Positions 38,176 to 52,785 are shown, numbered from the stretch's first letter. The stretch is DNA of 64,000 nucleotides from Lama glama (GCA_028534125.1 CM052817.1:63676001-63740000); one strand, 5' to 3'. The notes: generated by a model not told the origin, from the letters alone. Numbers and translations: made by a program.

Positions 38176-38539
38176 GTCGTAGAAGTTGCAGGAAACCCCT
38201 TTCCTTCTTTGTGATATACTTGGCTGAATTTACGAAGAAATTAATTTTTAGTACTAATTTATGATTATGCAGTGCTATGAAAATCTAATGAGTGAGGAAA
38301 GACAAGGGCCCAATATTTTAGTTTCAGATTCTATTTCCAGAAAGCTTTTCCCTATTTAGTCAGCTCATTGCAAGACTTAAAAGATATCCTTTCTAGTCTC
38401 AAAAAGTACTTATAGTGACTAATTTAAGGACAGATTTTTTTTCCACTAAAGATGGGATTTAAAATGTAATTACTAGAGTAATTATGGGGAAATAAGGGGA
38501 GAAGTCCATTTCAGATGAATAAAGACAATGTACTATAGG

Positions 38540-38938
38540 TACTACGGACTGAATCACGACCTCCTCCAATTTGTGTTTTGAAACCGTAATGTCTAATGTG
38601 ATTATCTTCAGAGACAGAGGCATTAGGAGGTAATTAAGATTAAATGAAGTCACAGGGGTGGGGCCATAGATACCCTAGGACTGATATCTTTCTAAGAAGA
38701 GGAAGAGAGAGAAGTCATGCCCTTTATCTCCACTTGCACACAGGAGGACAAGGCCATGTGAGAATGCAGGGAGAAGGTGGCCATCTGCAAACCAGGAAGA
38801 GAGCTCTCACCAGAATGCAGACTGACTGGAAACTTGATCTGGGACTTCTAACCTCCAGAACTGTGAGAAAATAAATTTCTGTTTTTTAAGTCATGCAATC
38901 GCTAGTATTTTGTCATGGCATCCAAGTAAATTTATACA
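38540..38938 (+). mobile_element. MaLR solo LTR (MLT1A/B-like)
   Basis: 'tactacggactgaat...ggaggtaattaagattaaatgaagtcac...ccatctgcaaaccaggaagagagctctcaccagaa...cctccagaactgtgagaaaataaatttctg...taca'. Confidence 0.85.
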
Positions 38939-41900
38939 GTAAACACCTTAGAAAAGGCAGCTTATTACCTTTTAATGGGGAAAATGGTAACAATACTGGC
39001 ATATATCCTTGAATGAATTTGGTTATAATAAACAGGGTCTTTTATAAGTAAAGTAAAATGATTCCAATCAGAATTTTTGTCATTGCATCATGTAGAGGTG
39101 AATGGCATAAGCTAATATGGATTTATCTCACAATAACTGTTAGATATCAAAATTCAGTCATTAATGTCTGTATGTACATGAACTTGGCTATTACTCCTAG
39201 GGTCATGACTGGATAATTGAAATGCCTTAGTCAACAAATTATTTAAGGACCATAATTAAACTGGTAGTACACTTTCTGTTCTTAGTATGTAAAGTAATAG
39301 TCCATTTTACAATATTTTCACTCATGGTCAGATTGCCTCCAGATTAATCACTTGCTGACAAATTGCATTTTGTTGGGTAGCACCTCCAATTGTTCATCAT
39401 TTTTTAAAGGAGAAATCTCATACCAAGCTTTCCAAAGCAAAGACTAGAAATATTTTGTCTCTGACTAGACATTTATATCTTTAAATATCCAATGTTACCT
39501 GATTTTGATCTCCCAAATTGACACATCAGTACACTAACCACCTTAAATCTGTGTAGGATAGGGTGTAAAGGGATTAGAAAAATAAATTTAGGGTCAGAAG
39601 GCCATAATAGTAATAGCAAAAATAACAATAAGAAAACTTGAAAACCATCAAAACGAATGCTATTGAAAGAGCTAAATAATTATTTTAAAATGCAAATTTT
39701 AGATAAGAAAGCAAAATATTCTGTGAAGGTAACATTAGTAATAAATCTGAGCAAAGGTACACAGAATCAATGATTCATTAATAATGAAAGAAAAAGTTTT
39801 TTGGTTGTTGTTTTTACCATTTTTGCTACTTGAACACTGCTGATAAATGCTGAGATTAAAAAAACTGGGTTTAAAAAAACATATGCTACAGAAAATTCAA
39901 TAGAGAACTCCAGGGGTGTCCTTGAGAATCAAAATAAGATACAGGTAATAGAAAACAGTGGCTTTGTTTCAACACTTATTTAGTTGTGTATCTTGAGCAT
40001 ACAGCCTAAGAATGTCAGTGACAGAAAAAAAAAAATCTAAGAGTGATTTAAGCCAATACAGTAAATTCATGAGCGCATTAATTTGCACCAAGTAGGTGTT
40101 CCATGAAAATTGGTTGAATGAATGTCTGAAACAGGAGAAGGATTACAAGGAACAGTAACCTTGAAAAGAATACAAATACATTTGGTTACAAAATAATTTC
40201 ATCTAGATCTGAGAGTAGCAGCAACATTTGAAATATGACAAGCATAACAGAATGAAAGAAATTAGGACGCCAAATAAACAAGATGGGAATCATCACTAAC
40301 ATGACCAAAACAAAAGGACATTCTGTAAGTGAAACAATTTGTGAAAGCACACAAACTTTGGAAAGCTCTATGTGAGGCTGATGTGCCCATTAATCCATAG
40401 ACAATACCAAACTGTTAATCAGACAATGAATCAATCTTCCCTGACATTAATTGAGTTGTTGTGAAATAAATTAATAATTATCTACACATTAAGCACCAGC
40501 TGTTAGTCTATAACCCATATAAATATGTTAACACTTTCCAAGCAAAACTAATTCAATTTATCAATGCAAAATAATAACAGAACTCATTGGCTAATTCCAA
40601 AAACACAAAAAAGATGATGCAGTGTGATATGCAAATTTTGCTGCAGAACTGCAAAATGCTTAGATTCACCAAAAGCAGAAAGAGCCAAGGAGTCTATTTG
40701 AATTGACTTGCTTATCTCTTAGAGTTACATTAATCCTGAAATAAAATAATTGTGGTTATTTTACTACACAACAATCAGTCTCAGTAGAATATCTGAAGCA
40801 ACTTTAGCTATTGTCATACAGCATTCATTATGTTAAAGAACTATTAGCTACAATTCAGTAAGGACAAAAGCAATTCAATTTTTTTTACCAACATAAATTA
40901 CCATAAAATATGTTGAAAACTGACTCTACTTCTTGGCCCAATATTATATTCTTCTGATTTTTCATTGTTAATTACAATTTTACATTGTTAAATAACTCGC
41001 ATCTCTTATTCTTTATGTACGCATTTAACTTACAATTACATCTTGCTCATGCATTTCATCAGAACACTAATCTGAAATTCAGATTAGATATAAATAAAAC
41101 ACATTTGTTCTTCTGCAGAAATAAATATTAGCTTTCCCTATAAAACTATTGGATAGAAGGCAGAAATATCAAAATAATTAAGTATATTATAAAATATTAT
41201 AGTTATGAAAGAGTGCTCTATTAGAGGATGTCTTATCCAAACTCAAAGGTGACTAATCATATTTGTTTTATTAATCCTAAAAAATCTTACAAAATACATG
41301 AAAAAAAATAACATAATGAACTTGATTTTAAAAATAGTCTCCAAAGATAATAGACCACATAGTCACTAAGAAAAACTAAACATGAAACATTTATAAAATT
41401 GACTGTATAAAAACAATGAATGCATAATATAGACTGTTTATGGTTTTATCATCAGACAAGAGGCAAAGACTTTTCAGACTACATTCTTACTTTGAAAAAT
41501 ATAAAAACTATTCTAAAAATGACAGCAATACATATATACACACATACTCATCTATATGTTATTCCTAAAACCAAAACATTGCTTGCCTTTTTTTAATTGA
41601 TATTTTACGATAGTGGGAAAATACATCTTATTGAATCTAAGAAATCAAAAATAGAGAGGAAAAGTATTACAGAGTCACTATTTTAATATGATTATTTCCT
41701 TGACAGAGAAGGCAAGATATTATTCAATATCAAATTCAGGACAAAGAAATGGCTTTAGAAATATTCAAGTGTCATAACTTGTTTAAATTTCCGTCAACAC
41801 AGTGAGAAATATTCCTCTCAAAGATACTCAGACTCATTTACCAAGTGACCTGGGCAATGTTTCCAAGATTTCATATCAATCCGGATGCTCAATCTAGATT

Positions 41901-42218
41901 TTTAGTATTAAAAAATAACTAAGGTTATGCAAGCAAAAAGTTAGGGAATTAAAAATATATTCAGTATTTTTTTTTTTACAACTCTTAGACCATAAAAATT
42001 TTAAAGCTGTCTATTGTTTCTAGATAATCTTCAGGTTAGTTGAAAGTAAAAGAGTACTCTGTATATTTATATTTAATAAATCATTGTTAAATTATAAAAA
42101 CTGTTGTCCTTGATTGAATACTGAAGAAATCTAGAGCAGAAAGTTTCTGTACAAAGTTACTGCACACTAAATGCTCTCACAGCCACCATATTAAAGGAAC
42201 AAAGGCCGAAAATGTCAC

Positions 42219-42338
42219 CTGGTCTAGGAAGAATGTTTTTGCTAGATTGTGCTAGGTTGGTTGAGTTGTCAGAATAAGATAAATGGAGCTGAGCCATACC
42301 ATTAACCTGTGACATTTCTGACAGTGCGAGGCTATGGG
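42219..42338 (-). pseudogene. Candidate linker exon (120 bp, phase 1-1, stop-free)
   Basis: ctacttttctcatag|CC CAT...CCA G|gtgaca; (A)HSLALSEMSQVNGMAQLHLSYSDNSTNLAQSSKNILPRP; phase matches the end of exon 44829. Confidence 0.5.
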
Positions 42339-44828
42339 CTATGAGAAAAGTAGACTATTTTTTTCCTTCCTATTCCTCAATTTATAATAGAAATAAAAAA
42401 AGATAGATGAAATGTTTTAATAAAAGACAGAAACAGATCAGAAGTCTATCTTGAATAACAGATGCTTTCCATTATATGTAAAAGCATATCACCAAATCAG
42501 AATATATCAACAAATATCACACAATTTTATCTATATTTAAAGGAGATAAACATTAAAATAGTCCTTACTTTTATCTAGCCATTTAAGAGCAACAAAATCT
42601 ATTTTTCCTTATTGACATTTTAGTATTTTCATCAAAAAAGGTTAATCAAAACTGTCATAATTTTATGACAATAAATCTCATTCCATTCTTAAAATCACTA
42701 TTAGGTTTAAATAATAGCATTTTTTTGTTGTTGTTTTTAGGTTTACTGAAATTACATAGAAACTTTAATATGCTTATGGGTTTTTTTTCCCCTGAGTTTC
42801 CCATTGACATGGAAAAAGTAAAACAGATAGCGAATATTTTAGAAAGAGTGAAATTGCAAGATACAATGAAGACTAAATATCAGTTACTGTTCATAATAAG
42901 AGTAAAAACTCTAATAAAATGAATTAGTACTGATATTTACTCATAATTTGGGAATAAACTCTAAATTGCCTAATATGACTCTACGCCTTACTTATTATAT
43001 GTGTCAACAAAATGACATTTTTATGATCCTCAGTCCTTGCAATGCATATGCAAAAATTTCAGTTTTCAAGAACAAGGATGTTACACATATACTGACTCAT
43101 AGGAACCAATATCTTTCATAAAATCATATCATAACTTGACTTTACTTGGTATTTAACTTACCTACGCTCTAAACAATAAACCATAACCCTGTTTTCTCTC
43201 CAAATTATTTTATTGTCAATAATGACAAATGAAAGTAACTTGCCTGTGACTTTTACTGCTCAACATAAACAGATCCACAGATATTGAATTGGTAACTACT
43301 TGCAGAGTACTTTTAGGGAAATGTAAACTGTACTTCAGTATAAAAATAAGAGCAGGATGATGCACCATAATACATTATTTTCTGATATAATAACATTTTC
43401 TAATATAATACATCTAGGATATACCAACAAAAATGCTTATGAAAAATAAAACATATTAATGCCTTTATATCACATATTTTATAAGTATAATATGTTTAGT
43501 ATTTAGGAAAAAATTAATAGCATTTTTTAAATAGCATTTGGCAAAAATATAAAAATACATATTTTTGATACAATTTTGATATTTTGATATACTTATGATT
43601 TTAATCTATAGTTTGTATAACCAAATGCATAGAAATATTAAATTATATCAATTTCTCATAATCAAATTAGTGAAAACATTTTATTTACATTTTAATGTTA
43701 AAAGATTTTATAGAAAAAGCAATAGATAAGTTGTTTTCATGGAGATCTTACAGTGATTTACTCAATGTAACAAAATAATTTTACTTAGGAACAGTTATTA
43801 ACAAGGAATGTAGCTATAACCTCAATCCTGTTTCTATATTGATCAACTTAAAAATGAAAATATTGCACAATAAACAAAATATAAGAAAACTCATATTGTG
43901 TATATTATCTCTTTCTCCATATGATATATATACCTTAGGTCACACTGGAAGATATCAATTGACATTTTAGAAAATAATGAAACAATCAAAACAAAGGAAG
44001 ATAAAATTAAACCTCAGAGAATAACTGCCAAATAAATTCAAAACAACAACAGAACTTCTCAGAATCAATGCAATATTTATCACTTTGAAAAATGCTTGGA
44101 CCAGTTTAGCAATGATTATTTCATGAATGAATGAATTAGTCAATCATGCAATTACATCATTTTCATTAGAACTGATAAAAATTACTCCCACTGCACTCAT
44201 TATTCAGTGGATATTTACTGAATGCCTGTTATGTGCCAGAAACACTAGAATACAACCTCATGAAGCTTATAGTCTAATAAAAATTTTAATGATACAGTTT
44301 TAAAAGAGGAAGTTGTTTGATTTGAATACACAAGCTTTTAAAGACACTGCCAAAATTATCTCAATTCTCTACTGGGGCTATTTAAATTACTAATGGAGAA
44401 TTTCTTTGGTTCTGCTCTCCCATTTTATTAAACAGTTTTATTTTAAAACTCTTTACATACATTTTAGACATTAACAGCTTTCTCACTGGATAATCATTTT
44501 TTTTGGTCACATAATAGCTTCCTGGTGCATATTATTCTCACTTCTATTTATGTAATTTAACATACAACCATTGTTTAAACAAATTTTGATTCTATCACAC
44601 TAAATTTTATTCTAAGCCACCTGTGCTTATCTGTATATCATAGGACAGTAGAAGTGTTTTCTTCATTCATTCTGTAACTCTATATAAATATGTAATCTCA
44701 ACATATAACCATTTAACTCTTTAGTTCTCTAAGTTACTTTAAATGACTAATTTGCAACAACATTAAACATACAGTTATGAGATCATTCACTCAGATATAT
44801 TTATTAAGTTAATGTAAAATTTCTTTAC

Positions 44829-45222
44829 CTCTTTTTTTTTTCATGGAACTTAACTCAGTGGACTTCTATAAGCATATCTATCTAGCAGTGATTAAAGTTT
44901 GTGTTAGATTAATATATCTTTTCCAATGAGAATTTGTTTCAAGAATGTCTGATATAAGAGAATTTGAAATGGTTCCCTCTATTCCACAGTTAATTTTGGT
45001 AAAATTCACCTTATTTTCAGCCGCATTTACTGTTCTAACAAAACTTGTAGGCTGAAACTGGGCCATACAAAATGGAATCAGCAAGAAATGAGATATACTG
45101 AATTTGCCCCAAACATCGTTGATGAATATCTTTAAAATGTTTTTCAGTGTTTCCAATCTCAAGGATTTTAGAATCTGAAAATCTAGACTTGAAATGATAT
45201 ACCAAATCCATGTCTTTCTAAT
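44829..45222 (-). pseudogene. Candidate exon, body of TIR-B
   Basis: ttctcttgaatcatag|A TTA GAA AGA CAT GGA TTT...AGA G|gtaaag; '(R)LERHGFGI/SSLDFQILKSLRLETLKNI...SISHFLLIPFCMAQFQ...AENKVNFTKINCGIEGTISNSLISDILETNSHWKRYINLTQTL'. Confidence 0.6.
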
Positions 45223-45351
45223 CTATGATTCAAGAGAATAAAATTGAAAGAGAATGTGATGTTCATTTGATGTGACCTTTGATCTTTTGACTTTCAGAAA
45301 CTCTTGAAATACAACTTTAGTAAAATCTTTCATTTTAATATGGCATGTGTA

Positions 45352-45544
45352 GATATGCAACAAACTTACACTGTGTAGCACAGGAAATTATATTCAATAT
45401 CTTGTAGTAACTTATGATGAAAAAGAATATGAAAACGAATATATGTATGTTCATTTATGACTGAAGCATTGTGCTGTACACCAGAAATTGACACAACATT
45501 GTAAACTGTCTATACTTCAACAAAAATATATTTAAATGGGAAAA
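45352..45544 (+). mobile_element. Short, young camelid-type L1 3' end
   Basis: 'tgtagcacaggaaattatattcaatatcttgtagtaac...ccagaaattgacacaacattgtaaactgtctatacttcaa'; perfect 15-bp TSD AATATGGCATGTGTA (45337-45351 and 45545-45559). Confidence 0.92.
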
Positions 45545-48464
45545 AATATGGCATGTGTAAACGTTATTTAAGAGAAGCACCTGACTCAGATATTCGTTTT
45601 GATAATAAAATGACATAAATGTTTTTAAAGCATCTAGAACAAATTAAGGCATCAGAACACGTTAGTTCCTTTCTCTTTCAAAGAAAATAAAACACAAATT
45701 GTTACAAGAACTCATGAAGAAAATAAGCATTCCATCTGTCCTGTGTCACTGGTTTCAACAAAAGACTTACTTTTCTCCAGTCCCCAGTCAAGCAAATAAG
45801 CACCTTAAAAGAAACAAACATTCCACAAATGAATCATTTTCTCTGACAAATGGATATGGTGCCAGAGAAATGTGTATTATTTGACCCACAACTTGCTGCC
45901 ATGTCCTACCTTTTAAGACCAAATTCAAAGAATCAGAAGGAAAGCAAACATCACATGGCTCTAATCACTTGTGAGACTGGGTTAAATTTGACATTTAAGA
46001 GACTGGGAACCCTGGACATAATATAATCTATTTTTCAATTAAGCCGATCTCACTTGGGAGGAGTGCAATGATGTTCATTCAATACTGTCACTTGAAAGGC
46101 ACAATTAACAGATGAGGAATATATTTTTTAGTATTCTAGTTTTCTCAAGCCTTTTTATTTTGAAATTTTGGTCAAGACAGGTAAATTTGCTTTGCTTCCC
46201 TCTTCTCAAGAACAGGTTTAACTTTTTGTCAGCGACAACACCACATTTTGGATGAACTGCTGTCATCTTTTGTTTTCCACAATGTCATGTTCAAAGTTGG
46301 ATTGAGAGTACAAGCAAATTGCATGGCACAGCAGGGTCAAGGAAGTTACAGGGAACTGCAGTGTCCATTTTCTCAAATCCTAAAGGTACAATTATGTAAC
46401 TTCTCTGATAACTTTAAAAACTAGCCTTCATCAAATATTATTTAGAGTATAATATGGGGGTTATAAATAAACTGTTGCCTCTAAGCAATCCAGAGGGACA
46501 AAAAAGACAGATGGAGAAATGAATGTGGCCTATTGTTTTATACAGCTCTGGTTAAAAAAATAAGCTGACTCACAGGCGAAAGCCTCAGCTACAGGGCAGC
46601 TGTTGAACAGAGTGGGCTGAAAGCATCTTGCTAGCAAAACAATGAAACCAGCAGCACAACAATGTGAGCTCAGCTCTAGTCTTCTTAAGAGGAAGGACTT
46701 GAAACTTGGGTTTTAAAGATAGAGTTCATAAAATAATATCCAGAAACCTTTTTATTTTGCTACTGATTTCCAACTAGGCTGCAGCTATCAGCGTTTTAAA
46801 CACTTTTAGCATCCTTAGGCTTCACTAGCTGCATTTTAACCTCTGCCATGTGGCAAGTGAATGTGGCTTGTTTAGTTAGTTCTATGACATAATTAATAGG
46901 TGTTGTCAGAGACTCTCATTTTTGACCATGGGGGGTTGGCAGCCCTTTCTTGCTTTCATTCCAGGCTTTGAGAAACTGGCCAGATGGTATGTCCTACTAC
47001 AAACTGCAATGTGGAAGACATCCTTTTTAGGACACTTTCAAATCCTTTTCGGCCAACTTCATGACTCTTGGAGAAGTTCAATTAGTTAGTTTTACTTAAT
47101 TTGCTACAGGAACCTAGATTGTTTCTAGACTCCCTCTAAAACTTCATTGAGGTAAAAATAATTACTGTAAATAATCTGATTTTTTCCCTTATATTTGGCT
47201 TGGGAGGAGCCAATGTGAGATACTGGTAAAGTGTTCCCACTACACATAAATTCTAGTCCAAGCCCTGCCACAGACTTCTTGAGCCTGGGGATGTATTTCA
47301 CTCTCTCCAGGTCTCAGTTGCTTCATCTTTGTAATGAGGCACTATGCTGAAGGATCTGATCCTCCTCACTGGAAATGTCCATGGCTCTGTGGGTATTCCT
47401 ATGTGTAATCAATCACAGACTTGACGTGGCTTGAAGTAGACCCTTGCTTGGCTTTCACAAATTAAAATGTGTGGTTTTAAAGATTTGTGAGAGTCTTTGA
47501 TGTTCTATGACAAGTAGCAATTTTTAATTTTGCTGAGAAACAAATTTTATTTGCACACATTGCAAGGCTATATGGAGGAGTCAGATTTATTATAACAAAA
47601 CCAAGCCCTCCACCCACTATTTGTATCCCAGTGTTGAAGTCTCATGTTTATCTTGTTATCAGTGTGTCAGTAAAATCCCAAAGGGATCACTTATTTTTTT
47701 TCTTTTTTTCTTTTGGTATACCTTGCTTCATTTTTATGGTGGAAAATTCTAATATGTTCTATTACTTTGAACAATTAGTCTTTTATACAAAACTTCAATT
47801 ATGTATCAAAATTAACAGAACATGGCTCTAGAATGGAAACCAGAAACATAAAAACCCTTGGTAAAGTCTCACGTGCCTTCACACTTTCAATTCATATCGG
47901 AATCACCTAACTTCTCCATCTTAAGCATTCAGATTTCAAAAGCTTTGATGCTTTATGTAAATCAATATATGCTTACACTGCTTAAAATATATGCATGTTT
48001 ATTCTCTAAATTAACAGACATATATATTATAAAACCTTAATAAATGATATAAATTACAGTGCAATTACCCTAATACTTTCAAAACCAATTACTGATTTTT
48101 AGAAATGCTTGGTGTAATCTTTTGGTTGGCATGACTATCACTAATTAATGCTCTGAGGTAATCCATGATTTGACACAGAAAACTACATCAAACTTTTCTA
48201 ACTATTTCTCATATTTAATTGATAGTCATTAGATGTCTCAATAAGCAGAGAACTTCTCTTCAGATCAACATTGTTTAGAGTCCTAACTTCTCCTTCAGCT
48301 TCTGTTAAACTGACAGCAAATGCATTTAAGTATTTTCTAGCCCATGTCTGAGATCCTTATAGATTCAATTTTCTTTTATAACTAAAACATGACAACAATA
48401 AATCTGAATCTCATATTTAACAGCATTAAACTAATCCTTCAGGTCTCTCCTTCAGGAGAGAGGT

Positions 48465-48650
48465 GGCATAAAGTTGTAGTTAAGGACATGGGCATGTGGC
48501 CAGGCTGCCTGAATTTGAATTCTGGTTCTGCTCTTTAAGTTTTAAACAAACTCTCAGTGCCTCAGTTTCGTTGCCTATTAAATAAGGAAGACTCAAGTGT
48601 GTTGGAATGGTGTCTGGCCCTTGATTTACTGTTAATATTGATGTGCTCAA
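48465..48650 (+). mobile_element. MIR SINE
   Basis: 'gtagttaaggacatgggc...ctgcctgaatttgaattctggttctgc...ctcagtgcctcagtttcg'. Confidence 0.7.
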
Positions 48651-49675
48651 TATCCTGTGACTAGCTGTCATGCAGTGAATGAAACAGACGTAATATTTAA
48701 CTAAAAAGGTTGAAAACAAGTATTTGCACTCTTGGCATCACCTAGCCCCATATTTTTCCCACAGGGTCCTTCTATCTTCTGCTGCTTCTCCATTTGCAAA
48801 CATTTCCACTCTGCCAGAAGAGTCAACGGCTCCTGGTCTTTGCATGAGGGGTGCCAATTGCCCCCTATCCACTAGCTCTCTCCAACTCTGTCTGCTTTCT
48901 AAACATCCTACTGAGGCTACAGTCTACCCAGAACTCTTTTACAATAGCTCATGTAGGACCATTGGTGGGTGGCCACAAGTTTATTCGGCGAAATGAATAA
49001 TAAGCATTTGTCCTCCAGATGCTAAAACTGCCTCCAGAGATGCCACCTTTCCACGTTTCCTCCTGGTATGTGGGCTTGGCTTTGAGCACAGGGAAACAGA
49101 AGTGCCAGTTCAAGAGCTGCAGTGAGCCATCAGGCAGTTGAGCAGACTGGCTGGGACCCGGGTGGCTCTAAATCGTGACTACTCTGAGGTCTCTGTAACA
49201 TGGGACATAAGATGGACGTGGGATAAGGGAAGATCCCTGGGCATCACTAGTAGGGAGCCCATGTTGTCGCCTAAGGGCAGATCTGTTGGTTTGGTCAGCA
49301 ATGGAATTATCAACATAATAGCTGCCAACCTTAGAGAAGAAGCAGAATTCTAAAGGCCCTTGTTAAAGCTGATATCCTTAGTTGCTGGGTAGGTATATAA
49401 AGTAGTCCCAGGAGAGGGCTGGAGATATTTATGAACAGATATAGATATATTTAAACAACAGGTAAAGCCATGTCAATGTGTGTTGACCAAACATCAGTTC
49501 TATCCAGACTAACACTGGAATTTCCACTATTCCCTCATCCCTCAGGCATGGACTAGTATTCTGCTGCAATATGGGAATATCAAAGGTATCTGTCTGTCTT
49601 CAAAAACAGGCTGGTGCACAGAAGATACTCAATAGTTATCTACTGAATTAGTGACTGAATTATTTCCTGTCTTAC

Positions 49676-49741
49676 CTTGTTGAAAAGTTTGGACCACTTG
49701 CTATCAATGATTATTTAAATAGATCTTACGCTTGAGGTGTG
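49676..49741 (-). pseudogene. Candidate exon (66 bp, phase 2-2), TIR-B box-1 region
   Basis: gttttcag|C ACA CCT CAA GCG TAA GAT CTA TTT...ACA AG|gtaaga; 'TPQA*DLF' with 'DSKW' and 'VQTFQQ' in adjacent frames; in phase with both neighbours. Confidence 0.55.
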
Positions 49742-49779
49742 CTGAAAACTCTCTTAACAGTGAAATATAAGACTGCTGA

Positions 49780-50015
49780 AATAAGTATAGGCCTTGAAGT
49801 CAGATACATCATAATTCAAATCCCAGTTTCATTCCTACCATCTGTAGTGATCATGAACAAATCATTTCTGCTCACTGAGACTATGAAACAATAATAGTCA
49901 TTTTCTCATTATGTTTACTTTACAAATGTGTTAGGACATTAAGGAAATGTATATAAAGTATATGTGTCTAGTGCCTGGAAAAATAAACAGTACTTGTTAT
50001 TGTTGTATACTGGTA
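49780..50015 (+). mobile_element. MIR SINE
   Basis: 'ataggccttgaagtcagata...ttcaaatcccagtttc...gtgatcatgaacaaatca...aatgtatataaagta...tagtgcctgg'. Confidence 0.65.
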
Positions 50016-52785
50016 TTATTAACACACTGCATTACACTGTCAGCCTTCCCTTGACTGGCAAGGAGAGTCTTAACATTCAGGTCAATCTCCCATAATTTCC
50101 ATTAGCTAAATTCTGATTTCTTTTCCATCCTACACATCTAGGTTATAAGTTCACTGCATACTTAGAACCTAGGCCTGTTTGTCTAAGGATAATTCAGAAC
50201 CTAGTCTTTGACACCTTCTTTTTTCACTAAAATCTAGATGTAATTACAGAGGTGTCTGCTAGTTGTCAGAAAATGCTTTGAGGAAAGATAAGAAACACAG
50301 GAAAAGTATACCCTGCTGATCTGCCAAGCATCCTGACCATTCTTATCACTACTGAGTATTAATACTTTTTATCTTAATTATGTGTAGAACTTCTCTAGAA
50401 GTCAGATAATTATTTTACTCTGTGGACCTGGGAACCCAGAGTCCAGGATAAAAGCTTCAGGTAAAGGTTATTTTGTTTCTATCATCATATTAACACTTAT
50501 TGGGAAAAAACAGATATTCTAACACTGCTTTGTAAAGCATTTCTCTATCTCTAGATCTTGAATTGGCTTTAATTTGAAATGGTCTTAACTATCACAGGCT
50601 ACTTAATGTAAGAGGTATGTAAATGTAAAGGTATGTAAACTTAATGTAAAAAAGACAAATTATCAAAGCTGGAAGATTAGTCTCTAGCCAGTAAGAGCAA
50701 GAAGTAGCACAGGGACTCGCAACACTGCCTGCAGATGGATGGGCCACCAATGCGGGTGAAGAAGCTTAAAGGAATGTTTCAGTACATAACTTGGAGCCGA
50801 CATTCAGATTTCTGTTATGAGATAGGGAATTAACCAAGGAAACCATTTGAGATTAAAAATGATTTTAACATCCCAGTTCAGTTGTATCTCAGTGTCATTT
50901 GCTCCTACTAGAAAACAAAGAAAAATAAAATAAACCATATGCGGTGTGTGTATGTAGAAGAGTAAGAAAAGCACAGGCTGCTCACATCATTTCTTCCTAA
51001 GAATGAAAGTATAGTTACAGAGCCCTTAAAACTATTTCCATTTTTAGATCCTGCATATGTCAATAACGTTCTTGTATACATGTGATTCCTGCTGGATAAG
51101 TACAGGTTCCCAGTACAAGGCAGAACTTAACTATTTATATCTCCTTATTTATAAAACAAAAGATTTCTAAATCCAAAAATACAAAGAAAATTCATCAATG
51201 GAAGAGAATGCATTACTATAAATGCTCAGCATCAGAGTATTAACAGGTTAAATCACTATTATAAAAATCAATCTAGGGTACAAAGTAGCTCCAAACTGAA
51301 TATTATGAGGAAAATCTTTCATAAATTATGTTGCTCTAATTTATGTCATTAAATTAGGCTACCTGGGACATATAAAATTAGAATCATCAAGGCAGAATTT
51401 GAATTGAATAAAAATTCCTAAATGATGTGGACAAACATTTGAAAAAGAAAATCTAAACATCAGAATGTTAATACACTTTGGTCAGATAAACTTTTATTTT
51501 AGACTTTGTTGTAAATTCTTTATTTTCTAACTAGCAAAACAAGCACTTTTTCTCTCTTTTATTATTTCATAGGTAATACTTGTAAAGAAGACAGGTGACA
51601 GAACAGTGAAAGATGAGTTATAATTAGAGGAAGATGGATGAAGTCTGCATGAACTAGGAAAGAGTAGTTTGAATCTGAAAAGTAAATAAAGAAGAAATGA
51701 AAAACAGGTTCACATTATTTAAAATAATTGTCCAGATTTTTTTTAAAAACATTGGCCATTACATAATGTGAAATACATTTGAAGTTTCTTTACTCTTAGT
51801 AAATTCATAGGAAATTACTTTTACCATATGAAAGGACTCACATTTTATGATCATATTTATGCTAAAAATATCTTAAGTGAAATTTTTGGTAATGCTTATT
51901 AATATGAATTGCATTGCCTGACATATAATAAAAACAAGTATATAATCTTGAACAGATAAATGGATACTCTGACGGTAATATTACTATCACAAATTTGCAC
52001 AAGCTCAAATGAGTTTTTATCTGAAGGCCTTGAGATATCATTCATGATAAAAGTTTTATGGGGTTGATGACAAATATTTCCATTTACACATCGTAATGAA
52101 GAAAGTGAAGCATAGAAAAGACTGTTAAATTGCTAGCATGTCCTCTACCGTGTCCTACATTGTTTGGAGGACACTGATTCATCAGTCTTTTAGATACAGA
52201 ATTACAATTAAACAAACAAAAATCCAAGAAGTAGAGTTTTCTTATCATTCCATTTTATAACTATTCTCTAACTTACAAGGAAAAAATATAGAAAGCCTGG
52301 AGTGGTTAAAAGGCTGATCTTAAATTTTTACAATGTACTGAATTCAACAAGCATCAAACAAACATTTGAAAATGTCTGAAACACTTGTATATATTATGAT
52401 ACTAATTTACAAATTTTTAATGTAACCTAGACTTTAGAGTTGCATTACTGAAGGCATGAGGACTAAACTAGTTTTACTAAATAAAGCTTGCTAATGGGAT
52501 ATATTTTGTGTGTATTTTGTAGGGGAAAAAACACTAAAATTAAAGTTGCTCTCTTACCTTTTCAGAGATGTGCTATAACTATTAAACTAAAGTATATATT
52601 TTTTTACTTTGGTTAGTTCTTAATTTATAGTGATGTCAATGTCTTACATCAATGTTTTGGATGCAATAAAATCTCAAGAGGACACATTTCCATTTTTTAA
52701 AATCAAGATCAAAAATGTATAAAATCCACTATAACAATATTTTAATAATGCCTAGAGCAGCAAACAAGAGACTTTAGGTACTCAC

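Noticed and set aside
45040..45215. Alternative frame 'KDMDLVYHFKSRFSDSKILEIG...' as a known gene
   Set aside because: I could not match it to any protein I recognise, and it is not phase-compatible with the neighbouring exons.
52558..52586. Micro-exon with strong donor (AAAG|gtaaga)
   Set aside because: 29 bp would break the phase-2 join between exons 52786 and 49741; poor acceptor tract; likely a cryptic site.
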